Assembly (NCBI RefSeq): GCF_963921235.1
Contig: NC_086097.1
Coordinates: forward strand, 128,280,001-128,344,000
Length of the DNA: 64,000 nt
Source of the DNA: Mobula hypostoma
Taxonomy: Eukaryota
Direction of reading: 5' to 3'
Shown here: positions 52,343 to 64,000 of the stretch, piece by piece
Position numbering within the stretch: the stretch's first letter is position 1
How the letters are laid out: each line of letters opens with the position of its first letter
Translations under genes and position numbers: made by a program
Notes under the pieces: generated by a model
The model's input: the letters and a program-made list of their open reading frames with translations, nothing else
Told to the model about the DNA's origin: nothing
The model's database searches: none

Positions 52343-52881
52343 CGCGCGCGCGCGAGGTGGGCGTGACGTTCCTTTTGTTCTTCCAGGCTACTGATTGCGG
52401 CACACTTGAATCTCATCTGCCCTGCAGCATAATTACCCCGGCTTTCCATCCACTCATCACCAGATCGTTGCTTCAGCCAGTGAGGTAGTTCACGTTCGAG
52501 GCTGCTTCAAATTGTGTATTCTAAGTTTTGTTTCCGGGCTGTTGTTTGCCTGTGGTAACTCTGTCTCTCCGTGTTAACAGGAGCATTACATGCCACCTGC
52601 CTTTCCATTCATCCTCCTGCTTTCCATTCTCCTCTAACCACGCTCACACCCCAGCCTGCATCCCTGCTCTGCCTCGTTCCACCGCCCGCCTGGCTCAGTG
52701 GTTAAATGCAACGCTCTCACCGCAACGACCCTGGTTCGATCCCTGGTCCAGCCTCGCTCACTCCTCTGCTTTCCTCTGCCTAATCCTCACTCCCATGCCA
52801 GCAACCATTAATAGGCACTCTTCAGATAACTCTCCCTCCTTGTCAGTGTCCTGCGTTTGGGTTCACCCGTTCTTCGCAGCA
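52164..52881 (+). repeat. 3' LTR
   Basis: Begins TGTCACGG after the PPT, ends GCAGCA before GATAA; contains (TG)n/(CG)n tract and a second tRNA-like module. Confidence 0.95.
52691..52754 (+). ncRNA. tRNA-Glu(CTC)-like module in 3' LTR
   Basis: TGGCTCAGTGG...CGCT-CTC-ACCG...GGTTCGATCCC; A box, anticodon loop and B box identical to the 5' LTR copy. Confidence 0.75.
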
Positions 52882-53199
52882 GATAAATAATGCAGATGAT
52901 AGTGAGAACCATTATGTAACGGGAAATGGAAATGGGAGATGTATGTGTAATGGCAAAGATCACTGTTGTAGGGTCAACTGTTCTAGAATTCTACAATTCA
53001 ATTGGAATCTTAGGTCTATTTTTAAAACTAGAATTTCATTTTCATCTATTAAACTAGCAAATACAGGCGTAGACATTAGTTGTGTATTAGCAGAAATGAT
53101 TTGAACTTAACTAGCTACAAGTTGAATGTTCATAATTTGGAGAATATTTGGATGTATCGATTAATGCCGAGAAAGGTGTGCATCCCTAATATGTTATTT

Positions 53200-53590
53200 G
53201 CCACCTCATTACCTATTTCATTAGTTCCCAAAGAGCAAGGAGATACCTCTGAAGCCGGGTAACTGTTGTGATGTGGGAAACACGACAGCCACATTGCACA
53301 GGGAAAACTCCCGTATATGTCAATTAGGATTATTCAATACCCTTGTAAGCATTATATATTGGTCAGAATTCCTGGGATAAATATTCCCCCCCCCCCCCCA
53401 CCTTCAGCATAGAGGCCATTGGACTTTATACACTCACCTGAAGAGGAAAAGTAACTTCATCTGGAAGACGGCAACTCCATTGACACAGGACTCCCTTAAG
53501 GAGTCAGCCTAGATTTAAGTGTCCGGAGTGGAACTTGAACTAACAACCTAGAGGGAAGACTGCCATCACAGAATCTATGTCTACAGCCAA
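53200..53590 (-). mobile_element. Ancient DeuSINE/LF-SINE-like remnant
   Basis: gacagccacattgcacag...cactcacctga...gaagacggca...agtcagcctagat...ggagtggaacttgaac resembles Deu-domain SINEs as I recall them; similar remnants near 1090-1195, 31480-31680 and 43050-43390. Confidence 0.5.
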
Positions 53591-55284
53591 GATATGTAAT
53601 TATATACCGTAACTTTGAGTAAAATAAGCAATTAGATAAGTTATAATTGCAAGGATGTCAAGCAGAGTCTGTAAATGACCAAATTTTCAATGCACTTAGA
53701 AAGGTTTTGCAACAAATATAGGACAACTTAATAATTAGATTTAGGTTATGGAATTCTGTATAATTAGATAAAATATACAGTTTAAGCCCAGCTCTTGCCA
53801 AGTGGCATAAGGCACTTCTTCTGTCGAAGTATCCCTGAACTCTCTTGTGGATTCCTGCAGAATATTTTGTTGGTGGCTTATAATGACTAGAGTGCCTCTG
53901 GACAAGTTTTGTTTCTCTGGAGAGACTTGTTTATGCTTAATCCAACCAATGATATTGAGCTTTTTCTTTAACTTGGTGATTGTAAAGTAATTTTTAAATG
54001 TGGGACTTCATAGATATATCAAAAAAGGAAATAGACCTTTTGCATCGGGGTTATTTTCTGCTCTTAAATATTCTAACAATCACTGTATTGCCTGTATAAT
54101 TTAATACTGTCTGTAATGGTTTAATGGCAGTAGCCCAGTATGCTGTGGGAATCTTGATAGACTGAATAGTTAGTTCTGAGGATTGCTGTGAGGTTAGGTT
54201 CATGTATGACCTTACAAACCAGCTCAAGGGGAGGTAACAATAATGAGTTAGAAAAGCAACTGGGGAATAGGTATCAAAACCACTACTGAATTCTTAAAAA
54301 AATAATTAGGGAGGCATCCTGTCTCCAAAGATCATGTTGATTTTATATAATTGAAATGCTTATTTTAAACTCTGCTGGGAGTTGGGACCATGGGATGTTG
54401 AAGCCTCTGCAAATGGCTCCTTGTTTCTATTTAATCCCCTTATTAACTTACAGTCCAAATACCAGTGCAGCGTTGTAATCAAGCCAACCCCCCATCCACT
54501 TTAGAGATTGACAATCCTATTAAGGAAAAATTAGTGAGTGGATGCTAATGTTAATTTCAGTGCCTGTTGTTATTAAAAAGAATAGAGGTTTAATTTAATT
54601 AACTTTCTTCAGCCTGAGAACATGTTTAACAGTAAAGTTGTGTAGAAATTCATTGCCTATATACAGTGCTGTGCATGCTATGTACTTCCAGCCTGTTATT
54701 ATCTACCCGTGAAATTAATTTCATTAACTTCAATAGAGTGTATTTTGAAGACTGCGACTGTAACAGAACGCCCCCTTAATACAGCAGTTCTCAATCAGCA
54801 TGATCTTCTAAATTGTGCCTTTACTTACTTCATTCGCAGGGTTTGGGCTTTACAGTCAGGCCAGCTTTTGATGCCCATTGAGTCAAGGAGTAATACAGTA
54901 TGTAAAAAGGCCCATTGGCCCAACTCATCCAGGCTGACCGAGATTCCCATAGATAGTCCCACAGCTGGCCCATATCCTTTCCTATCCATGTACCGTATCT
55001 GTCAAAGTGGCTTATAATAGTTGTTATTGTACACGCACCACTTCCTGCACGATGAAGGTGCCTTCAAAAATAATTGCTGCTCTTTTTTAAATCAAAAATA
55101 TATTTTATTCTTAAAATATTCAATTGTACAATACAGACCATTGTATTGGCTTCATCCTAGCTTGTTATTACCTCTGCTTATAATGATCATAGTAAAATGT
55201 TTGTCATGTTTCTCAGTTGCAAATAAACTTAAGAGATTAAAACTAGTGTTCAGTGGTGTGAGGATCCCATACCTTTTTCCTCAC

Positions 55285-55830
55285 AGAGCCTTTGGGATAT
55301 TGTGAGCAGTTTTGGGCCCCTTATCCAAGAAAGGATATGCTGGCATTGGAGAGGCTCCGTACAAAGTTCATGAGAATAAGCCCAGGAATGGAAGGGTTAT
55401 TGTTTGATGAGCATTTCATGGCTCTAGGACTGTACTCACTAGATTTTAGAAGAATGTGGGGGGGGGGGGGGAACCTCATTGAAACTTTCAAATATTGAAA
55501 GGAGAAGATAGAATGGGCATGGCGAGGATATTTCCTATAGTAGGGAGTCTAGGACCAGAGGGTACAACCTCAGAATAGAAGGATATCCATTTAGAACAGA
55601 GATGAGAAGGAATTTCTTTAGCCAGATGGAGGTGAATCTGTGCAATTCATTTCCACTGATGGCTGTGGAGGCCAAGTAATTGGGTATACATAAAGTGGAA
55701 GTTGATAAGTTCTTGATTAGTAACAATATCCAAGGTTATGGACAGAAGGCAGGAGAATGAGGTTTGGAGGGATAATAATGATGGGCTGAATGGCTTACTT
55801 CTACTCCTATGGCTTATGGTCTTATAGTCT
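55285..55830 (+). mobile_element. CR1 3' fragment
   Basis: YCEQFWAPYPRKDMLALERL...LGLYSLDFRRM; (CTTATGG)n tail. Confidence 0.85.
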
Positions 55831-57855
55831 TAGTGATTGTAGTTTCTTGGTCAGGGAGTCAACGATGCAGTTACAAATGGAAGTGTTGTGATGGCTATTC
55901 ACTGTCCTGGGTGAGAGGGCCTTGCTGTTTTGCCAAGCTCAGTTTTCTAAGCACAGCAGCTGCCATTTCTAAAGATCAAAGAGTTAAGTTAAACTTCCAA
56001 TTAATATTCTTTGTATAGTTTCCGGTCGTAAATGGGAGCCAGACTTCAGTTCTTAATGTAAATGGCAAGCAATAATCAGTTTGAAAACAGAGTTTTGCAA
56101 ACAAGCAGATGGTGCTGTAACAAGGTTTAATCAATGCAGATTGTAGATTTGGACTCTCTCGGTCTAGTCACTCTTTTTTTGTCACTACTTTTGAGCAACC
56201 TTCAAATTGGGGAGGCCTGCAGTTAATGAACGCTGAGCTGAACTGTACTGTAATGTGCCTTTTGATTTTGTATTATTATATTCTGTGTTTTCAATCTTTT
56301 TTTGTCATTTGTTGTCAGGTAGGTTTCATGTTTGATGTTTTTCTTTGGGCAGGTTGGTTCCATGGTCCTTCTTGTTTTGTGACTGTCTGTGGGGAAGACG
56401 TATTTTAGGGTTGTATACTGTATACATACTTTGATAATAAATGTACTTTGAACTTTGAGCTTTTGGACTTGATTCTCTATCTATAGAATTCAGTATGTTA
56501 TTTCACAACACCTGAACTTATTGCTGAAGAAATGCAGTATAAGACAGTGGGTGGAGCGGATCTCTCAGTTGTTAGATGAGTGGCAGTGCTCGGTTGAGGG
56601 AGAGTGATAGGGATTGGTTGAAAGTTTGAGTAGGCAGGCTGTTGATGGTGTTAGAACTGTCAGGTTCAATTACCCCATAGTGACAGCTGCCAGTTATCTG
56701 AAAGAGGGGGAAAATGCATCTGGTTCGACTGGAAGTAAAATGCAGTGCCTGGGGGGCTTTCCATACCTGTGTCAGGAGATTGGGGAGAAGCTTTCAGTGT
56801 ATCTTCTCTGGCTAGGAGGGCAGCTAATTTTCTTGCAGTGCCAGGGGGATCATTTAAGGGGATCAACCCCTCCTTCAATTGTTCAGCTGATCAGAGAGGT
56901 GTCGGGCAACTTAATGGAGGCCCAGTGGGGGAACGGCTTTGGGTCTCTGGGGAAGCACATTCCCAGCAATGAACCAAGGAGCTCCCGAAAGGAACAGACC
57001 CTATTCCTGAAGGCTTAGAGGGACCACGCGTGTCGTTACGGATAGATGGAAGCTATGCTAAAGCCATCCTCGACACTGGGGAGCAGGTCAAGTTGTTGTA
57101 CAGTTCATTTTACAACTGGTTTCTGAAGAATTTACCCTTGACAACCTTAAGGGCACTGAAGATTTGGGGTACCAGTGCCAGTGATTATCCAGAAGACGGT
57201 TATTGGTCAGTGAAACTGGAGTTCATGGGGGCATTGTCCATGCACCCAGTGTTTCGAGCTGCTTGTGAGGACGTGTGTAGCAGCCTTGGGCCGGTACCGA
57301 GTTTAAACGAGAGCCAATTGTGGTATGGCCTGGGGGAAGTATCTGAGGGTGAGACCCTCTTAGTAGACACTCCGAAATACCACAAGGGAGGGGAGTTGAC
57401 CACTGAAGACACCTCGGTGAGAGAGAGGTCGCAGCGACTGACCCCTGTGGCTGTGGAAGACGTAGGCAGCGTGTGTGTGGATTATAGGACTCTGAACAGG
57501 CGCACTGTCATTGACCAGAATACGGCCCTGAGGGCCAAAGACGCAATGGTCTGTCTGAATGGTGCGAGGTGGTTTGATGTGCTGGATCTGAGGAGTGGAT
57601 GTTGCCAGATCCCGATGAGTGAAGCCGACAAGGAGAAGACGGCCATTATAGGTTCCCTAGGATTCTTCCAATCCGAAAAGATGCCACAGGGCATATCCGG
57701 AGCCCCTGCAACCTTCCCGTGGGGCATGAGGAAAGGAAGACCATAGTTGGACGTTGAGGTGTTTGGAGTTTTGGCGTATGTGGATGATTGCTTAGGGTTT
57801 GGATTCGCCTTTGGGGGACTATGATGTGAGGTGGGTGCCGGAGCCCCGGACAACC

Positions 57856-58215
57856 ATTGAAGAATTGGAGTTCACGCTTGTCAAAGTGGAAACAGGGAAA
57901 CATAATTCTCATCCGAAACTGCGGTCCTTTACTGATGAATTAATCCAGAGAGACAAAACAATGACCAGCCTTCGAAAGGATGAGCAGAAACTCAGGACAT
58001 CGATCCAGAACAGATTGGAAGAAGCTGGTGGTGTAATTGCATCCCAGATGGAGATGGACATGAAGCGTGGGTCAGAACTGCTGAGACTGGGGCGAGAGTT
58101 GGAGGAGTCAGTGAAGAAGCTGACGTCTCGACTGCAGGAGGCTGAAGAGACTGCAGAGGCAGCCTAGGCTAAGTGTTTCAGTTTGGAGAAAATCAAACAG
58201 CAGCTACCGATCGAG
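57856..58215 (+). pseudogene. Captured sarcomeric myosin heavy-chain rod fragments (three fused segments)
   Basis: IEELEFTLVKVETGKH..KLRSFTDEL | RLEEAGGVIASQMEMDMKRGSELLRLGRELEE | [30 protein letters not shown] align by eye to three separate MYH rod segments. Confidence 0.82.
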
Positions 58216-58709
58216 AGAATGTGGAAGAATATGGCATCGAAGGATGATGTGCGGGATGTGTGGTACTTGCTGCCTCTTGCTAACTTCTCCTTGATTGAGG
58301 AAGAGACTTTTGGCCCTTCTCCCACTGAGTCAGGTGTAGTGGGGAGGACTAGCTGTGGGCAGCCTGGGTTACAGCAGGACCCTGCAGGAAAAGAAGTGGT
58401 GCCCTGGACATGGGACAGGGGGCTTTGAGTTGCAGTAGGGGCATGAGTGAGAGATTGAGAGAGGATTTGGCAAGCACACTCGAGGTGTCCGAGCCTGAAG
58501 GGTTTAGGTGAGGGGGTACAGAGGTCTCGGAGGATTAGGAAACTCCCAGATAGGTTGGGCTATGTAGCGCCTGAGGAACAGGGCGTAAGGTCCACTGTTT
58601 GGTGAGCAATGTCACTGTTTATACCTGGTTTGGGTCCTTGTGTCTGCAGGAAGGGTTGGTGAGTTATTTAGAAGTCATGAGGACATGACTAAATTTGGTG
58701 GGGGGAGAG

Positions 58710-59389
58710 TGTAAGGGGTTTCTTCTTTTATGTTACTGTGAAGGCTAATGAAAATAGCTTCTTTGTTATGTTAACTGCTGAGAAAGTGCTTCTCTTTCGC
58801 AGCTTGGTTGGGTTATATTATTGATAAGAGAGTCTCGAACCAATTGGGATAGATGTTCTTGTGTGTCTGTAAGCTATTGTTTTTCATGGGCTTTGAGGCA
58901 GAAGGTAGATGGGGGCAGAGAGAGTGGACACGATGCTGTAAGCTGGGCGTCAGGATGGACCCTGAGCAGGAGTCCGAGGCCCAGGGTCTTCGGCGAGGAG
59001 AGGAGACGAAGACAGACTCATGTGGAGCATATGGTCGACCACCATGGTTGGTCCCAGGCAGCGGGTCGAGGAGGTCGGAGGGGATTGAGTGGTGGAAAGG
59101 AGACTCCGTTAATTGAGCTCCAACTGTTGTGCACAAAATGGTTGAACTTTGATAAATTTGGCGCCTTTTATTTTCCTTTTATATTTTATCTCTATTAATT
59201 ACATAGTTCCAGTAAGATCTATAAACTGTGATCATTTAATCGCATATGGTGTATTGTCTGTTATTTGGCGGGGTGGGGTACATCACACAGCATCCACACA
59301 AACTTGATTACCCAGTTTGGCGGGGTCGAAGGCTGCTCCCCCGAGACGAGAGGGAGTTGAGCGCGCCTGAGGCTTACCAGGGGGCTACA
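58710..59389 (+). repeat. 3' LTR of the PNMA-type Gypsy element
   Basis: Begins TGTAAG right after the polypurine tract and ends GCTACA; no partner LTR in the window. Confidence 0.75.
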
Positions 59390-60014
59390 ATTAATATTAA
59401 TAACAGCATTAATCGTGGATACCTGGGATCTCAGTCTCCAGAAGCTTTTACACCTCTTGTGATAAAAGGTGTCTGAAAGAATATCACATGCATGTGATGT
59501 CACACAAGTAGCAAAAAGATAGCATAAGTTTAGATAGCAGTTCAGGTTTTGTAGGAATGGTCCAGAAACATCAAGGAGAATGACAGAAACACAGGGTGAA
59601 CTGGAATCCATTCCTTCTGCCTTCGATTTCTGTGATGAATGACTGGTTCGTCCATAGCTTCTAGGTATGTTTTTTTAGCTTATGGAAATTATACCTGTGT
59701 TTTGGAAATCCTTTATATGATAGAAATTCTTCCTGAGTTTTAAATGTGCTTTAAGAATGTTGTTTAAAATTAAATATGTGTCACTGAATATAAATAAACT
59801 GTGTTTGAACTACTTTGTTAGCTGGAACTAGCTCCTCCTTGTTAGGGAGGGGAAGGTTCACTGCTTAAATAATGGGTATTGGCAGCTAATCTTACCATGA
59901 AGGATAAACCAGAAAGTGAACTAATCTTTAAAGATTGGGTAGTCAGAGTACAACCTCCCTTTAGTGATATTACCCATAGCTCTTGACATTGGATAGGGCT
60001 TAAGGTGTTCATTT

Positions 60015-60510
60015 GAGATTAGAACTTTGTGATCAGCAAACTCAATATCACCACCATGTTGAGACACAACTCTAAGAGTTTGGAGATGAGTTTTCTCGGA
60101 ATTATCGTATTGAAGGTGGATCTGTAGTCAATAAACAATAGTCTAATATTGGTTTCTTTACTGTCCAGATGTTCCAGAGATGATGTGGGATCAGGGAGAT
60201 CTATGTTGGACAGAGACAATTGCACCCAAGATGAAGGCACCTACAAAAATAGCCTGGTAGATTTTATTGCCAAGGTAGAGTTGTCAAGTACTAGAGGCCA
60301 TAGGTTTAAGGTGAGAGGGAGGAAGCTTAAGGGATTTGTGTGAAAGATGTCTGATGTCTGCAATATACAACCATGGGAGGCGGTGGAAGCAAATACAATA
60401 GCAAAGTTTAAGAGGAATTTATACAGAAGCATATACAGACAGATGGGATTAACTAGGCTGGCACAGAAACGGTGGGCCGAAAGGCTTTTTCTTGTGCTGT
60501 ATCGTTCTAT
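60015..60510. mobile_element. Adjacent Rex1-type (-, 60015-60190) and CR1 (+, about 60255-60510) fragments
   Basis: [38 protein letters not shown]...EAVEANTIAKFKRNL. Confidence 0.75.
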
Positions 60511-61164
60511 GCCCATATGTGTTTCTTGCATATATATATATATAGTAATGAATGATATACAGTATATTTTTGAAATTAAAAATAAGGTATGGCAGGTTTC
60601 TTTCTCTCAAAAATTGATATCTTCTGCAAACTCATAAAATGCAACTTCAATACTATTTTTAAGTTCATTGCAAAGTGTGCATGACTCCCAGACACAGATT
60701 TCATTTGAACTGACAGCATGTTGATGGTGAGATTAATCAGCAATTAATGTTCATATTCCTGCTTGTGACCAGAAACAAATTGTTCCTTCAGTTTTTCATC
60801 ACACCAACATCAGAGTTACAAAGGACTCACATGTTTTTACTTCTGATGTTGTTGAGAAATGCAGAGATGGAGGAGACTTTTGCTTTATGCAATAATTATG
60901 GAGATCATTAGTTGTCACATAATTTCAGAAGAAGCAACATATCATTACTTCAGATGTTGAATGTATTATTGCTATAAAGAGGCCAACAATATCACAAAGT
61001 CACACAGCATGAAAACAGGGCCTGCAGTTCAACTCATCCACGCTGATCAAGATGCCATGTAAGCTTATCCCATTTGACTGCTTTTGGCCCAAATCTCTCT
61101 CACCTTTCTTATCAACGTACAGTACCTTTCCAAATATGTACATCATATACATTCAATATATTAT

Positions 61165-62385
61165 CTAGAACCATAGAACCATAGAACATTACAGCACAGA
61201 AACAGGCCTTTTGGCCCTCCTTGGCTGTGCTGAACCATTTTTCTGCCTAGTCCCACTGACCTGCAGCTGGATCATATCCTTCCATACACCTCTCATCTAT
61301 GGACCTGTCCAATCTTCTCTTAAATGTTAAAAGTGAGCCCGCATTTATCACTTCATCTGGCAGCTCATTCCACACTCCAACCACTCTCTGTGTGAAGAAG
61401 CCCCCCAATGTTCCCTTTAAACTTTTTCCCCCTTCACCCTTAACCCATGTCCTCTGGTTTTTTTCTCCCCTAGCCTCAGTGGAAAAAGCCTGCTTGCATT
61501 CACTCTATCTATACCCATCATAACTTTATACACCTCTTTCAAATCTCCGCTCATTCTTCTACGCTCCAAGGAATGAAGTCCTAACCTATTCAACCTTTCT
61601 CTGTAACTCAGTTTCTCAAGTCCCAGCAACATCCTTGTAAACCTTCTCTGCACCCTTTCAAACTTATTAATATCCTTCCTGTAATTCAGTGACCAAAACT
61701 GCACGCAATACTCCAAATTCAGCCTCACCAATGTCTTATACAACCTCACCATAACATACCAACTCTTATACTCAATACTTTGTTTTATAAAGGCCAATGT
61801 GTCAAAAGCTCTCTTTACGACCCTATCTACCTGTGATGCCACTTTTAGGGAATTTTGTATCTGTATTCCCAGATCCCTCTGTTCTACTGCACCCCTCAGT
61901 GCCCTACCATTTACCTTGGATGTTATACCTTGGTTTGTCCTTCCAAAGTGCAATACCTCACACTTGTCTGCATTAAACTCCATCTGCCACTTTTCAGCCC
62001 ATTTTTCCAGCTGGTCCAAATCCCTTGCAAGCTTTGAAAACCTTCCTCACTGTCCACTACACCTCCAATCTTTGTATCATCAGCAAATTTGCTGATTCAA
62101 CTTACCACATTATCATCCAGATCATTTATATAGATGACAAATAACAATGGACCCAGCACTGATCCCTGTGGCACACCACTAGTCACAGGCCTCCACTCAG
62201 AGAAGCAATCCTCCACTACCACTCTCTGACTTCCTTCATTGAGCCAATGTTTAATCCAATTTACTACCTCTCCATGTATACCTAGCGACTGAATCTTCCT
62301 AGCTAACCTTCCTTGCGGGAGCTTGTCAAAGACCTTACTGAAGTCCATGTAGACAACATCCACTGCCTTCCCTTCATCCACTAGA
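61165..62385 (-). mobile_element. CR1 LINE, 5'-truncated, well-preserved RT
   Basis: ORF 62097-62402 [15 protein letters not shown]...[25 protein letters not shown] 61417-62019 WQMEFNADKCEVLHFG...LEYCVQFWS; (TAGAACCA)n tail. Confidence 0.93.
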
Positions 62386-64000
62386 TAAAATGTATTAACC
62401 ATCTATTACAAACTTAGTACCTTTGCCAAGATAGTTCTCAATTCTGTGCTAAGGAGATCTCTAAAATGCTGTTTGAAAATAATATAGTGCAAAATTTTGG
62501 CACTTGGTGGGCTTTCTGCTTTTTCTTTGTCTTTGTTTTCAACTTCCAAGAGTTAACTATTTCAAAATATTACACCAAATGTTAGCTGTGACCATTACTT
62601 TTCCCTTTAAGCCTCAAACCTGGCTGGAAATCAGTCATGTTTCTCTCTGATGGTCAGTCCAGTTTCCCTTGGGAAATTACATACTGGGCAGTTTTTGAAG
62701 GTTCATCAGGTAAAAAAAATGGAAAGCAAATGATGTAACTAGAATGTAAAATCAGGCACAGGTACCGCAACATAAACATTGGTTCGTAGGAGTGTAGATC
62801 CCTGGCTTTCTTCTAGGTTTCCAAAGAACCACATATTAATGATGCTGAAGGAATGAGTCGCCTTTGGAGAAAATGTGTGCAAAATGAAGGATGAAATAAA
62901 CAACTGTTGTAAACCATCTCCGACCTCTCACCTAGCACTGAAAACCCAAATCCCTGTGCTGGAGTTACTTCTACTCCTAAGACAGCAAAGGGAATAGTTT
63001 CTGGGAAAAGAAATAGGAAAAAAGACCTTAAAATAGACTAACACATGTTGCGAACATTGAGATAATTATGCAGTACATGCTATAGCTAATTCTAAATGAT
63101 TTAAGAAGGAATTACAGAATTTGACTTTCGTCCTAATCTACACTCAATTAAATTCCCAACTTTCATGAATAGTTCCTTTCATGAAAGAACAGAGCCTAAA
63201 CATGAAAAAAAAATCAGTTAATTACAACAAAAACTGTTTCATGACATTGTAATTGGACCTTAGTGTAATCAATGACTCCACTGGGGATGCCCTAATGAAT
63301 GTTAAAATCCAAACATAAAGCAGACACTTAAGCAGTCAGGTCAATGCTTCCTAATGAAATCAAATGAAATCAAATTACAGAGCAAGGCATTTTTATTGAA
63401 CAGATTCCTTGTTGGCAGATTCCCAGAACAAAAATATTTTCTCTCCAAACTGTAGGAAAGAAGTAGCAAAGTGTGTTCTAGTACCTTGCAGCTATTTAAC
63501 AAAGTCGTTTAAACATGAAATGAGCTAAGTTTAGAATTGTGAATAATCTTGTGCACGTGTAATATTGACTGCAGTTAAGGATCACCATGGTAAACGATTG
63601 ACCTCAGGTCACATAACTAACTACGAGCCTCATAATAACCAAAATCCATGGCTCAAGGCTTGATTGCTCTTAAAGCAGTTTGTTATTTCATTTGAGTGGC
63701 TGCCCAATTGGCATAGAGTGAGGCATGGTGTTAAATGTTATTTAACTACACAAACACACCAGTAGACTCAATGCCACACATCATGCTGCACTTTATCGTG
63801 CAGTTACACTTGGCCGTGGCTGTAGGTAAGGAGGTGAATCCCAAGAGGAATTCCAAATCCATACATTATTTCCTAAAGTTACACACTCTGACCTCATTCT
63901 CTCTGCAAACACTACGACCTATTGTTAATGTGTAACATAACAACCATGAAATTTAAAACAAAAGAGGAAGGATTGTGTGGAGTGGGTGCAGGAGAGGAGG

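Larger units (their letters stand above)
47735..52881 (+). mobile_element. Two-LTR Ty3/Gypsy chromovirus (sushi/Tf1 group), defective
   Basis: TG...CA LTRs 47735-48495 and 52164-52881; 5-bp TSD GATAA at 47730-47734 and 52882-52886; PPT GGGAGGGG 52153-52160; gag, RT, RNase H, integrase and chromodomain in order; inserted in a PLE tail. Confidence 0.96.
56535..59389 (+). mobile_element. Internally deleted Gypsy element with PNMA-like gag, protease, RT fragment, myosin-like insert and 3' LTR
   Basis: WVERISQLLDEWQCS..LVESLSRQAVD and [11 protein letters not shown] (gag); AILDTGEQV (protease); [32 protein letters not shown] and AYVDD (RT); RSRRIRKLPDRLGY near the end; PPT GGTGGGGGGAGAG before TGTAAGGGG. 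No 5' LTR seen. Confidence 0.88.

Noticed and set aside
56614..57018. PNMA-family host gene
   Set aside because: Stops and internal deletions, followed by protease, RT, PPT and LTR; it is retrotransposon gag.
57799..58167. Exon of a resident myosin gene
   Set aside because: Non-adjacent rod segments are fused without introns, there is an internal stop, both flanks are Gypsy sequence, and I saw no other myosin exons in the window.
59157..59166. TGGCGCC as a tRNA primer-binding site
   Set aside because: It lies inside the putative 3' LTR, is not preceded by an LTR-terminal CA and no gag follows.
1..64000. CRISPR arrays, operons or other prokaryotic systems
   Set aside because: No repeat-spacer arrays or gene-dense coding; the content is vertebrate retroelements and most short ORFs are chance or antisense frames.

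Overview
Eukaryotic, repeat-dense vertebrate DNA. The mix of CR1 and Rex1/Babar LINEs, Penelope-like elements (PLEs), V-SINE/DeuSINE-like SINEs and Gypsy elements suggests a cartilaginous fish (inference). I found no supportable host-gene exons, so this is probably intergenic or deep intronic. Main points: (1) a two-LTR sushi/Tf1-type chromovirus (47735-52881, GATAA TSD) whose LTRs each hold a tRNA-Glu(CTC)-like Pol III module, with an 11-nt self-priming PBS and no protease; (2) a deleted PNMA-gag Gypsy element (about 56535-59389) containing three in-frame, intronless pieces resembling a sarcomeric myosin heavy-chain rod; (3) PLEs with minimal hammerhead ribozyme motifs, plus short fold-back derivatives including a 61-bp hairpin with a 14-bp TSD; (4) several nested insertions with readable TSDs. 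All family calls come from motifs recognised by eye; no searches were run and many boundaries are approximate.
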